This document shows, one piece after another, positions 18,285 to 27,773 of a stretch of 64,000 nt of DNA (within the stretch, counting starts at the first letter, position 1; the number at the start of each line of letters is the position of its first letter). A program made the translations under genes and the position numbers. The DNA is from Planctomycetota bacterium (GTDB lineage Bacteria; Planctomycetota; MHYJ01; JACQXL01): assembly GCA_043801445.1 (NCBI GenBank), contig JAZDMB010000046.1, forward strand, positions 19,253-83,252, read 5' to 3'. The notes under the pieces were generated by a model, which made no database searches, was not told where the DNA came from, and worked only from the letters and a program-made list of their open reading frames with translations.

Positions 18285-20402
18285 TTACTCTGCATTCTGG
18301 TAACAAATCTTCATAAACGCTTCAGACAATCTCTTACAAAGCGCTATATTTCCTTCACTTTCTCCTAAATCAATATCTGATAACTTAATTGTATCACGAT
18401 TCTTCTTTAACCATACACTCCATAACTCATAATCTGATTTAGTTGGTACATCATTGCTAATACTGGCCAATAAACTCAAGGTTATAAAAGAATCCTCTCG
18501 TACCTTCTCAAAATATCCCCCTTCTGCTTTCAGTAGGACAACCAGATATTCTACGCCTCTAACGTCTCTATTCCGGAATAAGCATTCGGCTAAAGCCCGC
18601 CTTGCCCTTAAAGAATCTTTTAGATTCTCATGCTGGAAAAGATTAGCAATGACATCACTATCTTCCTTTGTCAAATATGTTGGGATAAAGGTCGCACCCC
18701 TAAAGCGGATCTGTTCATCTTTGGTAGTTTCCAACAGTTTTACTAAAGGAGGCATCAAGTCCCGTCCGCATAACCCTATCCACATCTGTGCTTCTGAAGA
18801 CGAGAACCCTTTCATTTGACCGGTCAAGACACGTTGTAGTCCTTGGCTACAGGCATCCACTGCCATTTTCTCATTAGTTTTCTTCAGACGCAAGTAAGCT
18901 ACCACAAATTCACCCGGGCTATACAACGCCCCTTTCGTCAGGAAATCACTGAGTTCTTGCTCCTTCATACCCTTAATTTTATCATAATTGCCAAAACTCG
19001 CCCTTAACACAAGATTTTGCAGATATTGCTCAAAGAAATTCTCCGGTGCTTTTGGTGTGGCTTTACTAACACTGAAGCATTTCCAATTGCCATCCTTAAA
19101 TTGCCAAAATCCTTCTTGAGAACCTACCCAGATAGAACCATCTTTGCCTTGAATAATTTGACGACAAAGATTATTTCCAGGTATTTCTTTCCCCTTCAGC
19201 ATACTTATCTTATTACCCTTGATTACCACAGGTTTATCCCTCAATATTAGCCAGATATCTCCATTACTTGCTTGCAAATATGATTTAACTCCCCCATGCC
19301 CTTCAGGAGCAAGGTGGATTTGTTCCCCATCAAATCTGAACCCACGCCAATTATCAAATAGCCAAATACTGTTATCCGACGAATAAAATGACACATTCAC
19401 AGATATTTCATCATAGGGTTTAGGAAAAGAAATTTGCTTCCATTCTTTGCCATCCCAAGATGTTGCGCAACCTCTACCGAAAAACCATAATTTACCATCT
19501 TTGGTTTCAAGAATCTGGCAGGTATAACCAGGGTCTTTGTACCATTTATAGGTATTATCAGCAAACTCGGCTACACCGTACATATCACCCACCCACACCG
19601 TCCCATTAATTGCCTGATAGAACGCTATCGGACCACTATTCAGCAATTTCTCCCACTTATTCCCATCAAACCTGAACAATGCAGGCCAGACCTTTGCCCA
19701 AATCATACCGTCCCGGTCAAGATACCAATCATAGAGCATGGACTGCATCTTGTCATCCACAAAAGCGTTTTTCCATTGCTTACCATCAAATAGCCGGCCA
19801 CCCCTTTGTCTAAGAAAAATATATCCGTTTTTAGATACCAGCCAATTCTTCCAGACGGTTTTATTTGCAATAAACGCCTCATATTGAGCGGCAATTGCCT
19901 CTTCGTCAGAATTAAATATATCATGGAGGACATTATTCTTGAATATGGCTGAACCGTTAAATGTATCTGCCCAGATGCGTCCATCAGCCAGAACATAAAT
20001 ATTCTTCACGGTATTCTTAGTCCATCGCTGAAAATACCCCTTGCCGGTTTCGGTTCTTGGTTGAGGTGTTTTTCCGCCAGCGAAATACTCTTTTTCCACA
20101 TTTTCAGGCGTCCAGTCTTTTTCAATAGGTAATATTTGATATGCTGATTCTTTAATATTCCACACCACCACACCACAAGAAGTCCCGGCGACAACATAAT
20201 TATCTCCTATTAATGCAAGACATCTCACATCGTCATAAGAAGGCTTCTGCATAAGGTCACCATAGTTAAGCGAAAGATACTTGTCATCATACGGCATATC
20301 CGTTAGGAATACATGATCATTATTATCCCCAGTAAACGCGAGAGCTGAAAATAATGACAGTAAAACCAACACTCTAACTGATATGCTAAAAAGTTTTATC
20401 AT
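18285..20402 (-). CDS. Secreted beta-propeller protein with C-terminal HEAT-like domain
   Basis: Signal peptide; repeated DG.IW/FDG..W blades. Confidence 0.6.
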   Translation of the reverse strand: MIKLFSISVRVLVLLSLFSALAFTGDNNDHVFLTDMPYDDKYLSLNYGDLMQKPSYDDVRCLALIGDNYVVAGTSCGVVVWNIKESAYQILPIEKDWTPENVEKEYFAGGKTPQPRTETGKGYFQRWTKNTVKNIYVLADGRIWADTFNGSAIFKNNVLHDIFNSDEEAIAAQYEAFIANKTVWKNWLVSKNGYIFLRQRGGRLFDGKQWKNAFVDDKMQSMLYDWYLDRDGMIWAKVWPALFRFDGNKWEKLLNSGPIAFYQAINGTVWVGDMYGVAEFADNTYKWYKDPGYTCQILETKDGKLWFFGRGCATSWDGKEWKQISFPKPYDEISVNVSFYSSDNSIWLFDNWRGFRFDGEQIHLAPEGHGGVKSYLQASNGDIWLILRDKPVVIKGNKISMLKGKEIPGNNLCRQIIQGKDGSIWVGSQEGFWQFKDGNWKCFSVSKATPKAPENFFEQYLQNLVLRASFGNYDKIKGMKEQELSDFLTKGALYSPGEFVVAYLRLKKTNEKMAVDACSQGLQRVLTGQMKGFSSSEAQMWIGLCGRDLMPPLVKLLETTKDEQIRFRGATFIPTYLTKEDSDVIANLFQHENLKDSLRARRALAECLFRNRDVRGVEYLVVLLKAEGGYFEKVREDSFITLSLLASISNDVPTKSDYELWSVWLKKNRDTIKLSDIDLGESEGNIALCKRLSEAFMKICYQNAE

Positions 20403-20465
20403 AATACTCCTCCTGTATTTTGTCTTATAGAGTATTGTAATCTAGGAACACATACTTATTTATTG

Positions 20466-20495
20466 TCAGTTTACCAGACAAGCTAATCCGAGTCA
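20466..20495 (-). promoter_or_regulatory. Sigma70-like promoter
   Basis: TTGACT-N17-TAAACT on the minus strand upstream of the propeller gene. Confidence 0.4.
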
Positions 20496-20601
20496 AGGAA
20501 AAATTAGGAGGTAGTGTATAAGTATGAAGTATGTAGTAGTTAGTATATAGTATGAAGTAGGAAGTAGTCGGAGGAAGTTAAAGGTTAGAAGTTTTAACTT
20601 G

Positions 20602-21009
20602 TTACTTTTCCGCCTGACTGTTTTGAGATATTTCAATCAGCACACCGGACGTGTCTTTTGGGGATAGGAAATTTACCAGATGTCCGCCTGCGCCGATTTT
20701 GGGTTCGGCATAAAGCGGTTTATATCCTTTTGATTCAAGTTGTTTCATCATTGCCTTTATGTCTTCTACTCCGAAACAAATATGATGGACTCCTTCTCCG
20801 CGTTTCTCCAGGAATCTGGTTACTGCTTCTTCTCCGGTTAATGGCTCAACTAATTCCAAGACGGTATTGGCAATCGTTAATTTGGCTGTTTTGACCTTCA
20901 TTGCCGGAACTTCTTCTATGTGTGCCGGTAATCCCAATCCGTTCTGGTAGAAAGGCAGTGTTTTTTCTATGGATTTTACCGCAATACCGATGTGGTTCAG
21001 TTTAAGCAT
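20602..21009 (-). CDS. mce: Methylmalonyl-CoA epimerase
   Basis: HIGIAV, RGEGVHHICF, GVLIE; next to the mutase. Confidence 0.9.
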   Translation of the reverse strand: MLKLNHIGIAVKSIEKTLPFYQNGLGLPAHIEEVPAMKVKTAKLTIANTVLELVEPLTGEEAVTRFLEKRGEGVHHICFGVEDIKAMMKQLESKGYKPLYAEPKIGAGGHLVNFLSPKDTSGVLIEISQNSQAEK

Positions 21010-21086
21010 ATAATAGTTATAAGTTACAGGTTACAAGTTATAAGTTTATTAAACCTGAAACCTCTAACTTGAAACTTCCAACTTTC

Positions 21087-22763
21087 TTAGAATATCACGG
21101 CTCCTTTATATTCTCCAAAGACATCTCTAAGACTCTGCGAGATTTCTCCTAATGTGGCATTAGATTTGATTGCCTCAATTATCGCCGGCATAAGGTTGTC
21201 TTTGGATTGAGCAATTGTTTTCAGGTTGTTTAATGAATCAATTACCAGTTTGTTATTTCTGTTTTTCTTATACCGGTTAATTTTGGCTACCTGTTTTTTC
21301 TGTAATGCAGATGTAACCTTCAATGTATTGATTTTATACGATTCCTTAGCGGTAAATTTATTAACACCGACAATGATGCGCCGGTTATTTTCTATTTCCT
21401 TTTGATATTCATAGGCGCTCCTGGAGATTTCTTTCTGATAGAATCCGGTTTCAATGGCTTTGGTCGCACCGCCCAATTTGTCAATTTGATTGATATAATC
21501 AGTTGCTTCAATTTCTAATTTATCCGTGAGATTTTCCAGATAATATGAACCGCCCAATGGGTCAATTATCCGGCTGACCGCTGTTTCATAAGCGATGAGT
21601 TGCTGTGTTCTCAACGCAATCTGGACTGATTTTTCGGTCGGTAATGCCAATGCTTCATCGCGGGAGTTGCTATGCAGGCTCTGTGTTCCGCCAAGCACCG
21701 CAGTCATCGCCTGTAAGGCAACACGGGTAACGTTATTATCCGGCTGTTGAGCGGTGAGGGTGCAGCCGGCTGTCTGGGTATGGAAACGCAGCATCATTGC
21801 CCTCGGGTCGGTTGCCTTGAATCTTTCCTTCATAATCTTTGCCCAGAGCCTTCTGGCGGCGCGGAATTTGGCTATTTCTTCAAAGAAGTCGTTATGGGCA
21901 TTGAAGAAAAAAGATAATCTTTTACCGATTTCATTTACCCCGTTAGAAGCGTCCGATGCAGAAGCATTAAGATTACCGGTAGATTTATCCTTTTTATCGT
22001 GTTCGCTTCTAACGGGGTTTATATCAAGCCTCCGTTCGAGGCAGGTTTTTACATAACTGATTCCGTTGGCTAATGTGAATCCGATTTCCTGAGCCGCGGT
22101 TGAGCCGGCTTCCCTGATGTGATAACCGCTGACGCTGATAAAATTCCATTTCGGCAGGTTCTTAATGCAATATTCAATAGTATCCACAACCAATCTCAAG
22201 GACGGTTCAGGCGGGAATATATAGGCGCCGCGGGCAATGTATTCCTTGAGGATGTCATTCTGGACTGTTCCGGAAATATCAGCCACTTTGACTTTTTGTC
22301 TTTCTGCGAGGACCAGATACATTGCCAGGAGAATGGCGCAGGTGGCGTTGATGGTCATTGAGACGCTGATTTTGTCAAGAGGAATCTCGTCAAACAGGAT
22401 TTCCATATCAGCCAGAGAAGAGATATTGACGCCGGTTTTGCCTACTTCGCCGAGGCTCATCGGATGGTCTGCGTCATAGCCCATCTGGGTGGGTAAATCA
22501 AAGGCAATACTCAGACCGGTTTGGCCACGTTTGAGCAGGAATTTACAACGACGGTTGGTTTCTTCAGCCGTTGCGAATCCGGAGTATTGCCGCATTGTCC
22601 AGAGTTTGCCTCGATACATCGTCGGATGAACGCCACGAGTGAAAGGATATTCACCGGGCAAGCCAAGTTTATCCAGACCCTGAACAGAAGGGCTGGGTTC
22701 AGCAATGTCTTCCCCGTCTCGACGGGATTCCTTTGTCGGGAGTGGCGAATAAAATTGCTTCAT
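21087..22763 (-). CDS. Methylmalonyl-CoA mutase, substrate-binding subunit (split type)
   Basis: [34 protein letters not shown]; no B12-binding domain. Confidence 0.92.
   Translation of the reverse strand: MKQFYSPLPTKESRRDGEDIAEPSPSVQGLDKLGLPGEYPFTRGVHPTMYRGKLWTMRQYSGFATAEETNRRCKFLLKRGQTGLSIAFDLPTQMGYDADHPMSLGEVGKTGVNISSLADMEILFDEIPLDKISVSMTINATCAILLAMYLVLAERQKVKVADISGTVQNDILKEYIARGAYIFPPEPSLRLVVDTIEYCIKNLPKWNFISVSGYHIREAGSTAAQEIGFTLANGISYVKTCLERRLDINPVRSEHDKKDKSTGNLNASASDASNGVNEIGKRLSFFFNAHNDFFEEIAKFRAARRLWAKIMKERFKATDPRAMMLRFHTQTAGCTLTAQQPDNNVTRVALQAMTAVLGGTQSLHSNSRDEALALPTEKSVQIALRTQQLIAYETAVSRIIDPLGGSYYLENLTDKLEIEATDYINQIDKLGGATKAIETGFYQKEISRSAYEYQKEIENNRRIIVGVNKFTAKESYKINTLKVTSALQKKQVAKINRYKKNRNNKLVIDSLNNLKTIAQSKDNLMPAIIEAIKSNATLGEISQSLRDVFGEYKGAVIF
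21938..22017. mobile_element. 80-bp MITE-like element in frame in the mutase
   Basis: CCCCGTTAGAAGCG...CGCTTCTAACGGGG flanked by TTTA on both sides; 84 nt = 28 aa. Confidence 0.85.
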
Positions 22764-22884
22764 TATGATATCTATAGATAATTAAATCTTTGTAAACGGA
22801 TTAAACAGATATATAAATAGATTAAACCTGCTTGACGGCAGGTAGATCCGCAAAATCAGCTAAATCCGTTTACTTATGGCTAAA

Positions 22885-23082
22885 TTATCTTGCTAATAAT
22901 CTCGTTATTTTTTTCACGAATGGCTTGGAAGAAATCTCTGCTTTTTGCCTGAGCCCTCGTCGTCGTTTGGCTGATTTCGTAGAGAGCAGATGGCTTTTGC
23001 CCTGTTTGTTTCGCATTAGTTTACCGGTTCCGGTAAGGTGCACTCTTTTTGCTACTGCTTTACGTGTTTTCATCTTAGGCAT
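22885..23082 (-). CDS. rpmI: 50S ribosomal protein L35
   Basis: MPKMKTRKAVAKR...TGTGK...HLL. Confidence 0.95.
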   Translation of the reverse strand: MPKMKTRKAVAKRVHLTGTGKLMRNKQGKSHLLSTKSAKRRRGLRQKAEISSKPFVKKITRLLAR

Positions 23083-23234
23083 ATTTGTTTTCTCCTTTCG
23101 TGTTGTTTTCTATCTGCCCGACAACGGTCAGGCGGAAAGACAAAAGTTGACCGTTTAATTCATTGAATAATTAAATAACCTTGAGATACCTAACGGTATT
23201 CTATTTAATAGTATCCCGTAAGGGATTGCTAATA

Positions 23235-23738
23235 TCATTTAGGCCCTAAAACAAGTGTTAAACGAGGACCTTCCGGAGAAATATGTTTTTCTATTTTAGA
23301 GTATTCCGTTAGTTCCTTCTTGATTCTTTCCATCAGGCGGAATCCTATGTCCCGATGAGTGTTTTCCCTGCCCTTAAAAAAGAGACTGAATATTACTTTA
23401 TTGCCTTTTGCAAGGAATTCTTTCGCCTTTTTCAATCTTACCTGAATATCGTGTTCTTCGGTAATAGGACGGAGCCTTAATTCTTTTATTTTTCCCTGAT
23501 GATGTTGTTTATTTTCCTTCTGTTCCTTTTTATGTTGTTCATACTTAAATTTGCTGTAACTCATTATTTTGCAGACAGGCGGCGCGGCGTCAGGAGAGAC
23601 TTCCACCAAATCGTATCCTCTTTCATAAGCCATTTTCAGCGCATCTGCTGTTTGGATAACTCCGATATGAGCGCCTGCTTCATCAACAACTCTCACGGTT
23701 GTTATCCTGATACGTTCGTTTATTCTTAAATTTTTAAT
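23235..23738 (-). CDS. infC: Translation initiation factor IF-3
   Basis: RINERI, DLVEVSP, PPVCKIM, FKGRE; extended to an ATT start at 23738 with AAGGAG 7 nt upstream. Confidence 0.93.
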   Translation of the reverse strand: MKNLRINERIRITTVRVVDEAGAHIGVIQTADALKMAYERGYDLVEVSPDAAPPVCKIMSYSKFKYEQHKKEQKENKQHHQGKIKELRLRPITEEHDIQVRLKKAKEFLAKGNKVIFSLFFKGRENTHRDIGFRLMERIKKELTEYSKIEKHISPEGPRLTLVLGPK

Positions 23739-23771
23739 ATCCTTTCTCCTTTCTTTATGATAAAATTATTT

Positions 23772-25505
23772 CTATATTTTACGTGATATGTTTTCTTCCG
23801 TTATTCTTTTAATAAAGCTTTCCAGGGAACAAGAACCTGTGGTCCCCTTACCTCTTTCGCGTACTGCCACAGTCAAATCTTTTTCTTCCTTATCACCAAC
23901 AACAAGAATATAAGGTATTTTTTGATTGGAAGCATTTTTGATTCGTTCTGATAATCTTTCATTGCGCAGGTCTGCTTCCGCGCGGAATCCTGATGACAAT
24001 AATTCGGAAAGTATTTTATTGGCATACTGATGCTGTTCCGGAACTACCGGCAATACAATAGCCTGAACCGGTGAAAGCCAAAGCGGAAATGCGCCACCGT
24101 AATGCTCAATTAATACGCCGAAGAATCTTTCTAACGACCCTAAAAGCGCGCGGTGAATCATTATCGGCTTTTGCCTGGTGCCGTCGTCTGCGCTGTAGTA
24201 TAAATCAAAACGTTCGGGCAGGTTGAAATCAACCTGAACAGTAAAGCACTGCCAGTCGCGACCGAGCGAATCCTTGATATCAATATCCATCTTGGGACCA
24301 TAAAAGACCGCCTCGCCTTCGTCCACGGAATACGGCAATCCGGTATCTTCAACCGCCTCCTTGAGAATAGCGGTTGCCTTATCCCAGTTTTCAATCGTGC
24401 CGACATATTTGTCTTTTGGCCTGGTTGATAATCTCATTTTAAACTCGGTGAATCCAAAAGAGCGAAAAATATGCAAGCCGAATTTAATTACGTCCTTGAC
24501 CTCTTTAAGCAGTTGGTCAAAGCGGCAGAAGATATGGGCATCATCCTGGGTAAACCCGCGCACCCTGAAAAGACCCTGCAGCACTCCGGAGCGTTCATAA
24601 CGGTAGACTGTGCCCAGTTCTGCCCAGCGAATCGGCAAATCACGGTAACTACGCACAGTGCTTTTATAGACCAGGATATGGCCGGGACAATTCATTGGTT
24701 TCAGAATATATTCCTGGCCGTCAATATCTATCGGCGAATACATATTTTCGTGATAGAAATCCCAATGGCCCGAGGTTTTCCACAGGCCGATGCGGGCAAT
24801 ATGCGGCGCGAAGATTAATTCATATCCGTTTTTAAGATGTTCGTTTCTCCAGAAATCCTCGATTGTCTTACGGATGATAGCGCCTTTGGGATGCCAGAAA
24901 ACCAGACCCGGGCCGGCATCATCATACTGGATGCTGAATAAATCAAGATCCTTGCCCAATCTGCGGTGGTCACGTTTTTTTACCTCTTCGCGGTGTTTCA
25001 GGAATGCATCCAATTCTTCCCTGGTAAAGAAAACGGTCCCATAAATCCGCTGGAGCATCTTGTTCTTTTCATTGCCGCGCCAGTAAGCGCCTGTCGCAGA
25101 GAAAAGTTTATAATGTTTTACTAAACCTGTCCTCTCAATGTGAGGACCACGGCACATATCCGTGAAATTACCGTGTTTATAGAAAGTGATTTTATCATCA
25201 GGAAGCTCATTAATCATTTCTGTCTTATAAGGCTCGTTTTTCATCTTTTCAAGAGCCTCAGAACGGCTCAATTCGCTCCGTTCAAACTTAACATCAGTTT
25301 TAACGATTTTTGACATCTCTTCTTCTATCTTTATCAGGTCATCTTGAGTAAAAGGTGTCTGGGTATCAAAATCGTAATAAAATCCCTCCTCAATAGACGG
25401 ACCAATAGCTAATTTAACTTCAGGGAAAAGCCTTTTGACAGCATCTGCCATAATATGTGACGTGGAGTGCCTGAGAGTCTCTATTTCTATATTTAGCTTA
25501 TTCAT
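23772..25505 (-). CDS. thrS: Threonine--tRNA ligase (no N-terminal TGS domain)
   Basis: LRHSTSH, CRGPH, KPMNCPGH, RVRGFTQDDAH, HRALLGSLERF. Confidence 0.97.
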   Translation of the reverse strand: MNKLNIEIETLRHSTSHIMADAVKRLFPEVKLAIGPSIEEGFYYDFDTQTPFTQDDLIKIEEEMSKIVKTDVKFERSELSRSEALEKMKNEPYKTEMINELPDDKITFYKHGNFTDMCRGPHIERTGLVKHYKLFSATGAYWRGNEKNKMLQRIYGTVFFTREELDAFLKHREEVKKRDHRRLGKDLDLFSIQYDDAGPGLVFWHPKGAIIRKTIEDFWRNEHLKNGYELIFAPHIARIGLWKTSGHWDFYHENMYSPIDIDGQEYILKPMNCPGHILVYKSTVRSYRDLPIRWAELGTVYRYERSGVLQGLFRVRGFTQDDAHIFCRFDQLLKEVKDVIKFGLHIFRSFGFTEFKMRLSTRPKDKYVGTIENWDKATAILKEAVEDTGLPYSVDEGEAVFYGPKMDIDIKDSLGRDWQCFTVQVDFNLPERFDLYYSADDGTRQKPIMIHRALLGSLERFFGVLIEHYGGAFPLWLSPVQAIVLPVVPEQHQYANKILSELLSSGFRAEADLRNERLSERIKNASNQKIPYILVVGDKEEKDLTVAVRERGKGTTGSCSLESFIKRITEENISRKI

Positions 25506-25515
25506 TATTTTATAT

Positions 25516-26697
25516 TTATAGTAACGACATTTCTTTGCCAACAGATTGGCATATTTCTAAAACCTTGTTAAGTTCATTATCAGTATGAGTAGCCATATAA
25601 CTGGTACGGATAAGCGAACCGTCCGGAGGTACCGCCGGAGAAATTACCGGATTAGCAAAAACACCTTTATCAAAAAGTTTACGCCAGAATTTAAAAGTAA
25701 CCATATCCTCACCAAATATTAAAGGGATAATCGGCGTTTGAGTCGGACCGATATTAAATCCTAACCGAAGATATTCCTTATGCATTCGTCGTGTAATCTG
25801 CCAGAGGCGGTCTCGCCTTTGCGGTTCAGACTTGATAATCTTGAGAGCGGCTAAAACCGTTGCAACTGCCGATGGCGGCATACTTGCGCTAAAAATAAGC
25901 GCGCGGGCATTATGCTTGATGTAACTGATGACTGTGTCTTCTCCGGCAATAAAACCGCCCAATGAAGCAAATGATTTACTGAAAGTCCCCATTACCAAAT
26001 CGACATCTTTTTCCACATGAAAATGTTCAGCGGTTCCTCTGCCATTTGCCCCCATCACTCCGATTCCATGGGCATCATCCACCATCAAACGAGCTTTAAA
26101 TTTCCTTTTCAATTTAACTATTTCAGCAAGATTAGCTAAATCTCCTTCCATGCTAAAAACACCATCAATAATAATCAAAGCATTGGAAGGATCCGGCAGT
26201 TCTGATAAAACCCGTTTCAGGTCAGCCATATCGTTGTGTTTGTATTTAATGATTTTTCCAAAAGATAACCGGCAACCATCAACAATACTGGCATGATTGC
26301 CCCTATCAATAATGGCAACATCGTTTTTACCTACAATCGTGGAAATCACTCCTTGATTGGTCTGAAAACCGGTTGAGAAAATGAGCGCGCTTTCCTTATG
26401 CATAAAGGAAGCCAATTCTTGCTCGAGTTCCTCATGAATATCCAGTGTGCCGTTGAGGAATCGAGAGCCGGTGCACCCGGAACCGTATTTTTCTATGGCT
26501 CGGATTGATGCTTCCTTAACCGCAGGATGCTGGGTAAGACCGAGGTAATTATTTGAACCAATCATTATCATCTTGCGGCCATCAATCAAAACCTCGGTAT
26601 CAGCACCAGATTGAATGGCTTTGAAATAAGGATAATACCCTTGCTTCTTCGCCTCTTTGACACGCGTATACTTATAACACTTGGAAAATATTTCCAT
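25516..26697 (-). CDS. Alpha-oxoamine synthase (serine palmitoyltransferase/BioF/Kbl family)
   Basis: SNNYLGL, GSRFLNG, NHASI, DDAHG, GTFSKS. Confidence 0.88.
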   Translation of the reverse strand: MEIFSKCYKYTRVKEAKKQGYYPYFKAIQSGADTEVLIDGRKMIMIGSNNYLGLTQHPAVKEASIRAIEKYGSGCTGSRFLNGTLDIHEELEQELASFMHKESALIFSTGFQTNQGVISTIVGKNDVAIIDRGNHASIVDGCRLSFGKIIKYKHNDMADLKRVLSELPDPSNALIIIDGVFSMEGDLANLAEIVKLKRKFKARLMVDDAHGIGVMGANGRGTAEHFHVEKDVDLVMGTFSKSFASLGGFIAGEDTVISYIKHNARALIFSASMPPSAVATVLAALKIIKSEPQRRDRLWQITRRMHKEYLRLGFNIGPTQTPIIPLIFGEDMVTFKFWRKLFDKGVFANPVISPAVPPDGSLIRTSYMATHTDNELNKVLEICQSVGKEMSLL

Positions 26698-26748
26698 AAA
26701 GCTTTTTCTTTATATCTTTAAAATATAACTGTCAACTATTTCTCATCT

Positions 26749-27642
26749 TTAATCCGGATGGAATTCCAAGCTTTTGAAGCCATCCATTTGAGTGCGAATA
26801 TCAGTGATGATTTCCTGAGGTGTTTGATATCTGATTTCTTTTTCTTTAGCCATCATTTTTTCAATAAAATACAAAACGAGCGGAGAAATACGGCGGTTCT
26901 TTATTTCGTCAGATTTAATGTTTGCCAAGACCTGCTGCGCCATCACTTCAAGATTATTCGTCCCGGTGAAAGGTGGTTTGCCGGTAATCATATGATATAA
27001 TGTCGCTCCGAGCGAATAAATATCACTGCGGATATCTATCGTCATCTGACCGCGCGACTGCTCAGGCGACATATATCCAATAGTGCCGGAAGTAGTCACT
27101 GCCCTTTCATCTTGATTATTTTCGCTTACTATCGACTGCGCGAATCCCAAATCGCATAATTTTATTATCCCAATTTTTTTATTCAATAAAAGATTATCAG
27201 GTTTAATATCGCGATGCAGAATATTTTGTTTCTGCAAATAATCCAACGCATCGGCAACCTGCATAATAATGAGCAATGATAATTCCTCATTAAGACCGGC
27301 AATCTTTCCTGCCTTGTCTCGGGCTTGGTCAATTAATTGCTGAACAGATTCGCCTTCTACATATTCCATCACCGAGTAATGTATTCCGTTAACACCTTCC
27401 GGCGGGGTAACATAATATCCCTTAACAATATGGGAATGATTGAATTTAATCAAAAGCGCTGATTCTCTTTGGAAACTGTAAAATAAAGAAATATTGCGGG
27501 CGGTCTTTGGATAAATAATTTTAATGGCAACCAATCTATTGCTTTTTACTTCCAGCGCCTTGAAAACAATACCCATCCCGCCAACGCCTAATCGCCCTAA
27601 AATTTGATAGCCTGGCAGAGTTTCCGATTCTTTATTTACCAT
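26749..27642 (-). CDS. Hanks-type Ser/Thr protein kinase
   Basis: LGVGGMG, VAIK, HRDIKPDN, DLG, GTIGYMSPEQ. Confidence 0.93.
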   Translation of the reverse strand: MVNKESETLPGYQILGRLGVGGMGIVFKALEVKSNRLVAIKIIYPKTARNISLFYSFQRESALLIKFNHSHIVKGYYVTPPEGVNGIHYSVMEYVEGESVQQLIDQARDKAGKIAGLNEELSLLIIMQVADALDYLQKQNILHRDIKPDNLLLNKKIGIIKLCDLGFAQSIVSENNQDERAVTTSGTIGYMSPEQSRGQMTIDIRSDIYSLGATLYHMITGKPPFTGTNNLEVMAQQVLANIKSDEIKNRRISPLVLYFIEKMMAKEKEIRYQTPQEIITDIRTQMDGFKSLEFHPD

Positions 27643-27773
27643 AATATATTAAATAAATGAATAAGTGTCTTGGCGGCAAATATTAATATAATTTCATATA
27701 AAATTAAAATGATAATATAAAAAGTATTATATTCCTTGATATATTAAATGCAATAGATATTTAATAAATATAT

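Noticed and set aside
21938-22021. Inteins or self-splicing introns as the explanation for the coding inserts
   Set aside because: The inserts are far too short and lack intein terminal residues or group I/II features. Removal at RNA level cannot be excluded without transcript data.
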